Positions 11,355 to 22,250 of a stretch of DNA of 64,000 bases are shown here, piece by piece (within the stretch, counting starts at the first letter, position 1; each line of letters begins with the position of its first letter). Made by a program: the position numbers and the translations under genes. Under the pieces are notes generated by a model. It ran no database searches. It was not told where the DNA came from and saw only the letters and a program-made list of their open reading frames with translations. Origin of the DNA: Hydrolagus affinis (taxonomy: Eukaryota); NCBI GenBank assembly GCA_012026655.1, contig JAAILG010000800.1, positions 1 through 64,000 of the forward strand, read 5' to 3'.

Positions 11355-13380
11355 AGTCAGCAATACTGGAAGTGGAAATGTTCAAAAGAAAGCTGGTCTT
11401 GCACCTTGTTATTTTCTTGAAACCAATCCTGGACCATTGTTTTCTTCTTCCTTATTTCCCCTTTCATTCGTGGAATTCAAGCACATGAACTGTATCAGCT
11501 GATAAAACTCACTGGATGTTATCAACAGAAATGAGAAATAAGTCTGCAAAGAAAAATTACTCTCCACATCATAATGTACTGTAGTCGCTCAGTTTTGCTT
11601 CTGAAGAATGGAAATCCCAATCATCACATAAATACACCTCTGTTGAATCTGGAAAGAGCTTTACTCAGCAAGTTATTTGACATTTCCTTAGCTGGAGTTC
11701 CCATGGAAGGAGATTGCACACGGTTAACGAGACCATTTCTGCTGTGGACACATTTTTTTTGTTACATAGAAACAAGGGATTTATATGGTGAAAAAATAAC
11801 TGAAGTTTGAAGTGAACAGAATAAATAGAATTTACAAAAGGTTAGGGAAACAATTATGAGAATTTGTCTTGTAACTGAAAGACATCTGGAAACCTTTTTG
11901 TTACCCTTTTGTACTGAACCATATAATTTGTTTTTTTTGTCAATAAATTAATACTACTCACCAAAAGTGCATATAGTAGCAGCATTATAGCTAGTTGATT
12001 CCTTGCAGGGTGGAAACCTGATTCCCTACTATAGGCACTCTTATGACCAATTCCCATCCCCGTACCACACAGTGGATATGTGCTGGCCAAAGTAGGCCTG
12101 ACCCAAAACATGTACCTTCAGGTCCTGTTAATGAAAAGAGGAAAGATCGGGTCCAATCACAGTTCCAATAGTATAGCATGGATACCTTGTGCTTTTATTC
12201 CATGTGAAGCTAGTTTGAACGTACCAAGAACGGAGGAGAATCCAGAGAGCACTACCACCCAGTTCAGCACCTGTGTTGACCTCTTTGGAAAGGGCATTTG
12301 CCTTAAATACTCTGATTTAAAAAGACACAAGCAGATCATTGAAAGAGTGCCCTTCTCTTTAACTAACGTAAAGTGGCAAATTATTCTGCCTGTAGATAAA
12401 TTTTAATATCAGAAATTATTTATTTTCTTATCCTGGATGATATATGGATTGAAGGACACTTTAAAAAGAAAAGCGGCAGACTATCCACGAGAGTTTTTAT
12501 CACTAGTCTTTGTGTGCATTGTAAGATTGTAAATACAGTGATTATTTATTAACATTTGTTCTATATTGATGCTAGGTAGTTTTCCCATTTGTAATTTGTG
12601 TCCTTGTTTGTAAAGGGCACCTCAAGGTGAAGCTGAATGTGGGTAACTCGAGTCTGTAATCGATATCTTATTTAGGCCACTGTGTCTTAGCCCTGCAGAA
12701 AGCTTCACTCTGCCAGTTTCAGTTAACATTCAGAAGAACCTAGAAACTGTTTTCTACAACCACAGGTGCCCTTGGTACAAGTGGATCTATATCTTTTCCA
12801 AAAAGTGAAAAAGGTGAAACTTCTATGTACAAATATTACCTCACTGTTGTGTGATCAAGAAGAACCTTTGGATCAAACAGCAGAAAACCTTCGTCACATG
12901 TCTAAAGTATCCTGATGCTACTGTAGTATAAAAAAGGCTTTGTACATAGTCAAAAATTTATTTTTGCAGAAGAAAAATGTATCCCCCAATAAGGAAATGG
13001 CATTGAAAACGTATTTTTTTTCTATGCTGCCATCTGTTTCTTTTTCTTCCTAGCTTCTTGTAAGTCATTGCTCTTTTTAAAATAAATTATTGTTTCTCAG
13101 TTGCAACTTGTAACATTAAGCAGGTAAACAAATCTCATTATTTTGTAGATACCCTATTTAAGTAATTTATCAGGAAATGCTACCTAGAGTGTTAGTGTTT
13201 CTGTCTGAATGAAACTTTTGCACACTGAATTGATGTTGCTTTTTTTACATACTGTTTATCATTAGCAATGCTTTTTGTACCCCTTTCTAACCATTTTACA
13301 TTTAGAGCTGTTCAAGTCATGCAGTGCCATTTGTAACAATCATGAAATGACAATAAAAAAGTATAGAAACCTATACCATC
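11355..13380 (+). other. THBS1: THBS1 3'UTR (~2 kb; 3' end approximate)
   Basis: Follows the stop codon; AU-rich with no recognisable TE; AATAAA at 13081-13086 and 13352-13357. Confidence 0.75.
13352..13357 (+). promoter_or_regulatory. Likely distal polyadenylation signal of THBS1
   Basis: AATAAA at the end of the TE-free UTR block, followed by T/GT-rich sequence; alternative AATAAA at 13081. Confidence 0.6.
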
Positions 13381-13839
13381 TTGCCTATAGATTGCATTCC
13401 TGTTGTACTGATTGCCAAACATTCTGTTTCTTTAAGACTAAAGACACCGTATAAACTAATCACTCATTCATTGTGAATAACTTTCCAATTTTTGTCACAA
13501 CAATATTCTGTGTAAAATCCAAATGCCATTTTTCAAATTAAAAATACATTTTTCATCTGCTGCCATTAAACCATAATGTGGTTGTTGGCAAATGTGGGAG
13601 ACTAAAGAGTAAAAAAAATTTTGTTTAAAGCTTTAAGTACCATATAACAATTTGAAAAATCTGGGAGAAATTCCACCTCGGACTAGATTTACTCTATGAA
13701 GCTTTCAGAATTCTTAAACGTAGATACAACCTCAATGTTATGGTTAAGACTGAATTCAAGAATTTGCTAAATTCTGGGAGCCACTTTAACTTTCTTCAAC
13801 TCGCACTTAGAGCTCTCCATCCATGGTCTCCTACACTGC

Positions 13840-14101
13840 TCCAATATCTGTTTTGCACCATTAGCACCTCTTTAATCCATCATCCCCTGTCCACTACCCC
13901 CATTTTCTCCTTTGTTTTCCTTGCCCTCAATGTTAGTCAGTTAAAAGTCTTCCCCACCAAAAATGCCCCAATTCCGACAAAGGGCTTTGGACCTGAAACG
14001 TTGACTCACTTTCTCCACATACGCTACCTGACCTGCTGAGTGTTCTCAGTGACTTTTGTTTTTGTTTCAGATTTCCAGCATCTGCAATATTTCACATTTG
14101 T
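13840..14101 (+). mobile_element. Penelope-type short element with degenerate hammerhead (copy A)
   Basis: CCGACAA-A-GGGC-TTTGG-ACCT-GAAA-CGTT-GACTC, then CCTGACCTGCTGAG...TTTTTGTTTCAGATTTCCAGCATCTGCA shared with copies B-D; 5' boundary approximate. Confidence 0.65.
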
Positions 14102-14454
14102 TCGGAATGAAGGGACCAACTTATATTTTACACACAAAGCTTTTCAGAGGAAGAACCTCATAGTACTGCATTACTAAAGCATTCACAATTTTACACCCAA
14201 ACCACATTAATGTTTTAACAACTAATATAAATCCCTTTATAGTGCTTTCATATATGGCCTGTTGCACTTCAGCAGATCATTTTCTATTCAGATTTCTATT
14301 CTGTTCTAGTCAGAACACAGGGTGACTGCCAAAGAAGACACAACAGTAACAATAGAACTGTATAAATCAATTAAATATTATATAGACTAAAGTAGAAGTC
14401 AAAGTTATCTAAAACAATAACATTGTAAATAATACAATAAAATGTTCTTTGTCA

Positions 14455-14790
14455 GAATCTAACCATTCAAAAAATTATGAGCTCCACATGAGCCTTTCAT
14501 CACAGCATCAAACTGCTTTTTAAATGCGTCCACTTTTCCTGGCAACCTGTTCCAATCATTGATTACTCTCCGAGTAAAGAAAAACTTCATGGTATCTGCC
14601 CTAAAATGCCCTTTAGAACACTAAACCCATCCCTGCTTGTTCTACTGTCTTGGTACATCCTAAAAAATTAATTTTCTATTTCAGCCTCATATTAAAAATG
14701 TGTGCAAGATCCCCTTGGAGCTGCCTACTCTCAAGATTGGAATCCTATCTTATCATCAGTCATAGCTCATTCTTCTGACATTGGGGATCA
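14455..14790 (-). mobile_element. CR1 LINE 3' fragment (ORF2 C-terminus)
   Basis: Minus strand reads FFFTRRVINDWNRLPGKV, the CR1 FF..RV...WN.LP motif. Confidence 0.75.
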
Positions 14791-14794
14791 TTGT

Positions 14795-15096
14795 GAAGTC
14801 CTGTAGTTCAGTGGTTAGAGAACCTGCCTTGCAAGCAAGAGACTTGAGTTCGATTCCAGGCAGGGCAAAATCTTGAGCAAATTTCCTTTCTCCAAACGCC
14901 TGATAATAATCCCTAGTAAAAAAAAACCACAATAATAAATTGGTAATTCCAATCCACCTCTGTGTGCAATTGGCTGGTGTGCTTCTCTCACAGATATATA
15001 GTGAATTCATTCTACAGTATATTCTGTGAAGTGCTTTGAGACATCTAGAAGATGTGAAAAGTATTATATCAAATGCAAGGATTATTATTATTTATT
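14795..15096 (+). mobile_element. Full-length tRNA-derived SINE (Deu-type core, L2-like tail, (ATT)n)
   Basis: A-box TAGTTCAGTGG, B-box AGTTCGATTCC, core TGTGCAATTGGCTG, tail CTGTGAAGTGCTTTGAGAC...ATCAAATGCAAGG(ATT)n. Confidence 0.9.
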
Positions 15097-15268
15097 CGAT
15101 GTGAAGTAAGATATTTATTTTTATTTAAATTGTGCATTTTTTCTTTGAGAGTCATTGGAAAAAGTGAAAAACAAGTAAAACACAGATCATCAAAACACAG
15201 GATTTGCTGTAGCCAGTGTTCACTATTTGAGATAGTTGAAAACTCAAATCTAGTCTATGTATACATTC

Positions 15269-15274
15269 TTTATT
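15269..15274 (-). promoter_or_regulatory. Candidate FSIP1 polyA signal
   Basis: First minus-strand AATAAA I found after the FSIP1 stop; others at 15091, 15114 and 15120. Confidence 0.35.
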
Positions 15275-15459
15275 ATATAAATAACTAATCCAAAATCTTC
15301 AATCTCCACAATTCCAGAAGACTCAACATTTTTAGATAAAACAAAAAAAGAAAGGAAAAGGAATATTTCCTTGAGATGAAATATTTTTAATCTCCACTAT
15401 AAATACTGGAAAGAAAACTCTGCATAAAAGCTGAACACACAGATGACAAATCCATTTTA

Positions 15460-15550
15460 CCCACAAAAATACAATATATTCTGTGAAGCGCTTTAAGACA
15501 GCTCAATAAAGTGATAAGGCACTATATTAAATACAAAGATTATTATTAAT
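15460..15550 (+). mobile_element. SINE 3' fragment in the FSIP1 3'UTR (antisense to FSIP1)
   Basis: TATATTCTGTGAAGCGCTTTAAGAC...CTATATTAAATACAAAGATTATTATT. Confidence 0.75.
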
Positions 15551-15608
15551 GATATGGTTCTATGTTAATCTTGTACAGTATATGGCTTCCTGATTACCTC
15601 CGACTTGC

Positions 15609-15661
15609 TCACTCTCTCACTTCTTTTATTTCTTCACCCCTGTCAGCTGCATTCTCAGCAT
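15609..15661 (-). CDS. FSIP1: FSIP1 last coding exon
   Basis: Minus-strand ttttctacag acceptor; (D)AENAADRGEEIKEVRE-TGA, a short acidic tail; phase fits the donor at 16058. Confidence 0.75.
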
Positions 15662-15861
15662 CTGTAGAAAATAAATATATTTCAATTGTCTGGATCAAAA
15701 TTGCTTCATAAGAATTTGTTAGTGTAACACTGAATCTATTAGTTAAAAGTTATTTTATTTCCCTCTGCACCAAAGATTATTGACCACAATAGAGATTCAA
15801 CACAATATTAATCTGACCTTGGGCATATTTTTGTAAATAGAAAATATTTCCAACAACATTT

Positions 15862-15908
15862 ACAGTGATAAGATGTTATATCAAATGCAATGTATTGTTA
15901 TTATTATT
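15862..15908 (+). mobile_element. SINE tail remnant in the last FSIP1 intron
   Basis: GTGATAAGATGTTATATCAAATGCAATG followed by a degenerate (ATT)n. Confidence 0.55.
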
Positions 15909-16057
15909 GATTTTAAATTTGTGAAATCTCATTTAATTTGATTAAAGGATGAGAGTAACATCATCCCATCTTTGGATGTTTGTTTTGGGAAACATTACTT
16001 TTAAACAACCAGTTTAATTAACATGCAATTCTTCGTGACAAAGAGGTATTATAGTAC

Positions 16058-16634
16058 CTCTGTTGAGTGGCTGTGGAACGATGGGAATGTTGGAATCTAT
16101 TGTTGGCTCTTGATCAGTGTCACTGCAATAGTTCAAGTCATTCAGGAAAGAGGGTTTTTTCACTTGTTTTATCCCAAGTGCCCTGGTCAAGTAGGATTCT
16201 TCATTATCATAAGATATTTGTTTTTCTCCCACCTCTCCTCCCGATTCATCATGATCTGCTGATAAAATTGCCAGGTATTTCTCTGTCAGAATGCTGCTGT
16301 CAGCCAAAGCTTTGCTGAGGTAGTAACTAGGGTATTCCTTTTCTTCACCCATTTTTCCTTTCTCCCCTTCCATTGCACTATGAACTGTAGATAGCCTTGG
16401 GCTGTGTGCATCCTCCAAAAGCTGAGAGAGAGTAGATTCTGATAACTTTGGTGTATTGTAGACAGACAAAGATGGTGATGTTCCAGAAGAAAGTAAGATA
16501 TCAGAAGTGTAGGAAACATTCTCCCCCAATCTTGGAGTTTCAGAAACTTGCAATAGATTTTGCCACCGGATACAATCATTCACCAAGGAGTTCAACTGGA
16601 CTTGAGATAGATTTAGAGTTCCATAAGGCTGTAC
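16058..16634 (-). CDS. FSIP1: FSIP1 penultimate coding exon (human exon 11 equivalent)
   Basis: Minus-strand ttgtttag acceptor; VQPYGTLNLSQVQLNSLVNDCI...TPKLSESTLSQLL...YYLSKAL...YLTRALGIKQVKKPSFLND matches recalled FSIP1 C-terminal motifs; AG|GTACTA donor gives the phase 1 the last exon needs; THBS1-FSIP1 synteny. Confidence 0.85.
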
Positions 16635-18187
16635 CTAAACAATAAAAAATGAAATACCAGTCACAATTTCAAACACACCTGATGATTCATACAATTTCCA
16701 ACACATCTAATGACGAATAACTATTTCATGATTGGTGTAGGTCTATTGCAAACGTTTAAAGAACAATAAAAACATATCTCTTCAATACAATTGAGTTATT
16801 CAAACATAATATGTCTTTAACAATAAAGGAAAAAATTAGCTTTTAGTTTGATTTCTATTAATCTGGTATCTGGAAGTATCTTCTGAACACATAACACCCT
16901 TTTACCAAATTTTAAGTAATTTATTTTGAGATTTGGTTTTATTGAATGAATGAAAGCAACTGGTATCATTTATCAGATTGATGCATATCCAGTGAAGAAA
17001 GCAGCTACATTGTAGAATAGAAACTCCCAGTAGATGGAAACCAGATTATTACTTGCACACAGATTCTGATAATTATACAGCTCTGAATTGCTAGATAATC
17101 AGGAGATGCTCAATTCAAATGTCCACAGGAGTTCAAAGATAACCCACACAATCTACGTTTGCAGATAAAGAATTGGAACTCGAGCAATTCAGTGATATTG
17201 TTTCCTGAATAAATTTAGTATTTATTCAAGAAAAATGTAAAATACACATAACTCACTTAAAGACTACCACATTGTAGTTAACATTTTTGTTTAGAGATAA
17301 TATAATTAATCAATACCCTTGAAATCAATATACAGGTATTTAGATGTAATGCAATATAACCAGTTATTTCTTTGTTCTGACCCTTTATTTATTTAACATG
17401 GTCCACCTAGTCCTCTTTACAGTAATGATCAGATGGTCTCCATGGAAATATTGTTATGTAAAATGAATATAAGAAACAGCATGGACATTTATCAGAGGTT
17501 GGGCTGCATTGAATGGTGCAAGAGCTTCATCATACAGTCAGGATAAAATGGAAAAGAACACTTATAATCTATATAAATCTGGTTTGGTTTAGACAAAATT
17601 TAGAAACTGGCCAAATTAAACCAGGAGTAAAATATAAACATTGTAGGTTGACTGAGAAGCCAAAAAAGCACTTCTAGCTTCTCTTGGGTGACAAACCTCA
17701 TTTAAAAAGAAAGCTCAACAAACTTTATTCTGAAATTGTACATTGCACAAGATAGTTTAACATGATGCTGCTTCTGGTTTGACATAATGGAATGCACTTT
17801 AATAAATCACAGATAATAAAACAAACTTTAGTTTGTTAAGGATCTCTTTTTATCCTTTAAAAAAGCCATGGGGGTCCAAAGTGATACATCAAATGTAAAG
17901 GGTATTTTAACCCAGTTGTGTAGAACACTGTGCTATTTACATAGTATTATTGCCTGTGTACAATGCTGCACCAGTTGGAAGTGGTGTGGGAAATCTATGC
18001 ATGTTTGTGCTAAGCCAACAATGTCATAATAGGTCATTCCCTATCACTACACTAGTGATAATAGGTATTCTTTGTTGCTAAGTTAATGGCACAAAGGGTG
18101 TCTCTTTGATTTCCTTCAATTTTATCAAATGTTATAATTGCCTCAATAATACCATCATATTTGTATAATAACAATTTTATATACAAT

Positions 18188-18485
18188 ATAATAATAATAA
18201 TTTTTGCATTTGATATAGCACTTTTCACATCTTATCGATGTCTCAAAGCGCTTCACAGAATATACTGTAAAGTGAATTGACTGTATATTTGTGGGCGAAA
18301 CGCAGCAGCCAATTGCACACAGCAATGTCCCACAAACAGTCATGGATTGAAAAAAACATTTTTTTTAATGGATTATTATTAGGCCTGTGGAGTAAGGAAA
18401 CTTTCCCAGGGTTTCACCCTGATCTGCCTGGATTCGAACACAGGTTTCATGCTTATAAGGCAAGTGCTCATACCACTGAGCTACA
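18188..18485 (-). mobile_element. Full-length tRNA-derived Deu-type SINE
   Basis: Reverse complement of the 14795 family; head TGTAGCTCAGTGG...GTTCGAATCC, core GCTGTGTGCAATTGGCTGCTGCGTTT. Confidence 0.9.
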
Positions 18486-18687
18486 CATTTAACCATTCCT
18501 CAATTATGAAATGCTTTTTTTAAATATAAATGCTAATTAATAATTCATTAAATTCCATCCAAGTAGAGGAGGTATGATGTATACATTTATAACTGGATCA
18601 TCCTACCTTACTATATAAGAATGCATTCTTCAATTCCATTTAAAAAAATATATGATTAGAAATAGTAAATATAGAATTATAGGAATA

Positions 18688-18750
18688 ATGCTTAAATTTG
18701 GTAAAGCACTTTCATGTCGGAAGGACATCCCAAAGCCCTTCACAGAATAC
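18688..18750 (-). mobile_element. L2/SINE-type 3' tail fragment
   Basis: Minus: GTATTCTGTGAAGGGCTTTGGGATGTCCTTCCGACATGAAAGTGCTTTACC. Confidence 0.7.
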
Positions 18751-18846
18751 AAAAGCAGAAGTCGCTGGGAACATTCAGCAAGTTGGGCAACAGCTATGGA
18801 GAAAGGAAAGTGAGTCAACATTTCGGGTCCACAACCCTTCGTCAGT
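18751..18846 (-). mobile_element. Hammerhead-bearing Penelope-type short element (copy B)
   Basis: Minus: CTGACGA-A-GGGT-TGTGG-ACCC-GAAA-TGTT-GACTCACTTTCCTTTCTCCATAG. Confidence 0.75.
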
Positions 18847-20118
18847 GTTTTTTTAAATAAGCAAAATCATTAGGTTAGTGAATATGCCAGATTTTTAGGA
18901 AAGCAAATAGAAATGCAAGACTCCTTATTTCCAGCACTATTATCTTACATATGCATAGATCTCAGCCCCAAATATTGCTTATTTCAAAAAGTACACAGGT
19001 CTTAGGGACATACAGGAGTTGGTTCTATATTCAGGTTGGTCGCTACACTTAGCTTATTTGTGAGGATGGACTTCATAGCACACTGCAGGATTAATGTAGG
19101 GTTCCGTGGTAACCTACGAAGCATCCCCTATATATCACACAGGACCATTTTACATTGCATTTTTTTTCTGAAAGCTTTTACCAGCTCGGAATTCATGTTT
19201 ATTCACTCTATAAGCATTAATTCTCAGAGTCATTCCACACCATTCATTCTATTTCAGACTGCACACAGAATTGCATTCATCAGCATGAAATAAATCAGAT
19301 CAAAGGTTTACTTAAAGATGGATACATTTGTTGATAGCAGAGGCACACAATTAAAAAGCTGCTACTGATACAGCCCCACTGTCAGAAAACTGCAGAGTAA
19401 ATAAGCCTTTGAAAGCATCATCTTTAATGACAGTGCATATAGGTGAAGGAGGCAGGGTTACATCTGCAACCTGGCAATGAGATATGGCTGTAATTACACC
19501 AGCAGCTTGTTGATGGAACACTGAGTTCAATCTCAAGTACCACAACTCTCAGTACAAGTGCTACCCAGAACAAATTCCAAGTCTCTGTCTTGCACTCCTG
19601 CAGATGACCTTTCAGCAGGAATCCAGTAGGAATCTTTTGCACATTATTACAGGCAGATCCCCACATCCAGCTTCCCTGCTGAATGAGTTGACCTTTATCC
19701 CTTTTCTTTTGTTGGTTTTGTTCTTAAACTGCATACCACAGCAGCGTGGGACTATAGGACCGATCCTAAATTTCAGACTGCTGCAGCTGAAATTTCCAGT
19801 TATCAATGATTAGTATATTCCCACTGAGAGTCCTGATCTTAAAGTTGTGACATTCAGGAAATATCAGTCTAAGAATTATAACTGTTTATTTCTGTGGAGG
19901 ACAAAGTTGTAGCTTAATTTTCATAATCCATTCTCTAATCCACTCTCATAATTTGTCTGGAAGACATGAAAAGCACTATCAAAATGCAAGTATTATTATT
20001 ATTCTCTATAGATTAGTTCTTTATTGAAATAGTTATTACTTCTTTATGGCATTTGAGCCCACTTCTAAAATACAGAAAATGTAAACTGCAGGCCATCAAT
20101 GTATAAATTGCACAAGCA

Positions 20119-20420
20119 CATAGAATCATACAATCATAGAATTATGCAGCACTGAAGGAGGCCAATTGGCTGTGCTGCCTCTTTGAAAAACTGTCCAAAT
20201 CAAACCCATTCCCCGCGTTCTCCCCATAGCCCTACAAATTTGTCCTCCTAAATAAGTATCTACTTCTTGTTATCGAATTGGCTTCCACCACCCTTTCAGG
20301 AAATGCATTCTAGATCTTAACAACTCGCTGCAAGAAAAATATTCTCCTCACTTTCTACATCTTTTAACAACTATTTTAAATATCAGTGTCCTCCAGGTTA
20401 CCAGCCCACTCACTAGTGGA
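20119..20420 (-). mobile_element. CR1 LINE 3' end
   Basis: (CATAGAAT)n is the reverse complement of the CR1 ATTCTATG terminal repeat; followed by degenerate 3'UTR and ORF2 end (minus RVVKI*NAFPERVVEA). Confidence 0.75.
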
Positions 20421-21954
20421 ATTAATAATCTAATTAATAAATAGAATTGCAGAATTGTAATGAATATATTAAAGTAATTAAACTAAGATTTAAACCAGCA
20501 AATTTGAATTAAAACTGTTTTGGTAACACAATAAATGTTCAAAATGTGATATTTGTTTTGGGAAAAAACTTATAAGGGTCAGCTTTATGAAAAATGTTTG
20601 TTTGCTTTATCTGTAGAGGAAGAAATGCTAAGAGGCATTGTGTATCATTTTCAGCAAAGTAATTTGGCAGGCAAGTGACATTATGGTGCTCAATGGCCTG
20701 ATTCACATTGTCATGTCCATTACAGATGGACAAGAAATGATTTACCAGTATTCATCGAAAAAGACCCTTTGAATGGGCTGAGAACAATATGATGCACTGA
20801 AAATTAAATACATAAGAGGACCTTCATGCTCACCTGGTATTATCAATTGGCTGACATCCTTCAAATACAATGTCAATTTACACAAAATGAGGATTGGGAA
20901 CTGTACAGTTACATTTAGAAAAACTGAATACACTTAGGCTGCAACTCATTCATCAAAATTTTGCTTGATGCCAAAGAACAATTTTCCATATTGAGTAGAA
21001 AATCACAGAATGAAAGACTTTACATAGGCAGAAAGAATGCTTAAGGAAATACATGCCAGTGCATTTTCCAGAGACTTAAGTGCCATAATTAACATATATT
21101 AAATTACAAATGTAATCATCAAGTACTATTGCAGGAAACTGATAGCGCTCATACAGAGAAACACCAGCTATATGTAGCCACCAGCGCCCTTCCACTGACT
21201 CCCACAAGACTTGTTCTTTTAAACACAGGATGAGATTATACTTTGAATACAAATGTACTATGGTTTCAGCCTCCAGTAGAATTGTGAATAATTCATCCAG
21301 GCTAAATGAAAGCGGAAGCCCTACCTTTTTTTAAAAAAAGTTAGAAAAAGCTATAATTAACATCCTTTTTTCTATTACTATTTTTGACAAATTATTTTGT
21401 GTACACAATAAATGCAAAGGAAATAATTAGGAGAAAGATACATTACTCAGCCTGATAAGACATGTGCAGTGAATCCCAGGAGATTTCTTGCTGGATTCAG
21501 CAACTGATGACAGCCTAGTTTCAGTAGCACTGAAATATAAACATAGCAACACCGTGCTTTACAGAGGCATGGAGCTGCATGCACATTTTAGGAAATCTAC
21601 TGAGAAATGATACTGAGCATTGGTCTTTTTCCATATTTGGTCTTTTGTTTTTTTGTGTATAGCAAATGCCAAGATCCCTGGAACTCAAGCAAGAGTTAAA
21701 AATCCAAATTTGTTAAGATTGCTTCCAATTGGTTATCTCTGATTTATGCACAAAGCATTTTTCAAGGGCAAGGTGTTACATAATCTGACTTTACCAGATT
21801 GTTTCCACCTAGTGCACAGATCTATCTTATGTTTTCAATTCAAAAATGAATTTTGAATTGAATAAAATGAATGAAATTCCTTTCCACTTGGTGCATCAAC
21901 CACTCATTCAAATTTCCTTCATATAAAATAAATACGTTTGCAAAATACCTGTAT

Positions 21955-22250
21955 CTGCAAATGGCTCAGTTGGCAGCACTTTTGCCTCTGAGTCAGATGG
22001 TTGTGGGTTCAAGTCCTACAATGGTTACAATGTGGCTCATCATGTAAGATGACACTACCATGCAGTGTTGGGGGAGCTCTGCATTGTTGGGAGGTGCTAC
22101 CCTTCAAGAGAGACTATCAACAACCGAGATCTCATCTGCCTGTTCATGGACATTGAGGAACAACACTTTTTAAAAAGAGGATGTTTCTCCCAGTGTCCAG
22201 GCCAACAATCCTTCAGTTAAATTGATCATTTATCCCCTGGCTATTATGGA
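21955..22250 (+). mobile_element. Ancient DeuSINE (SacSINE1-like), distinct from the younger SINE family
   Basis: Head GGCTCAGTTGGCAGCACTTTTGCCTCTGAGTCAGATGGTTGTGGGTTCAAGTCC, then TGCATTGTTGGGAGGTGC and CCCAGTGTCCAGGCCAA, matching the DeuSINE body as I recall it. Confidence 0.75.

Noticed and set aside
14795-14870. tRNA-like sequences (also at 18485, 32807, 35480, 53007, 21960)
   Set aside because: SINE heads: variable anticodon region, no proper acceptor stem, each followed by a SINE body
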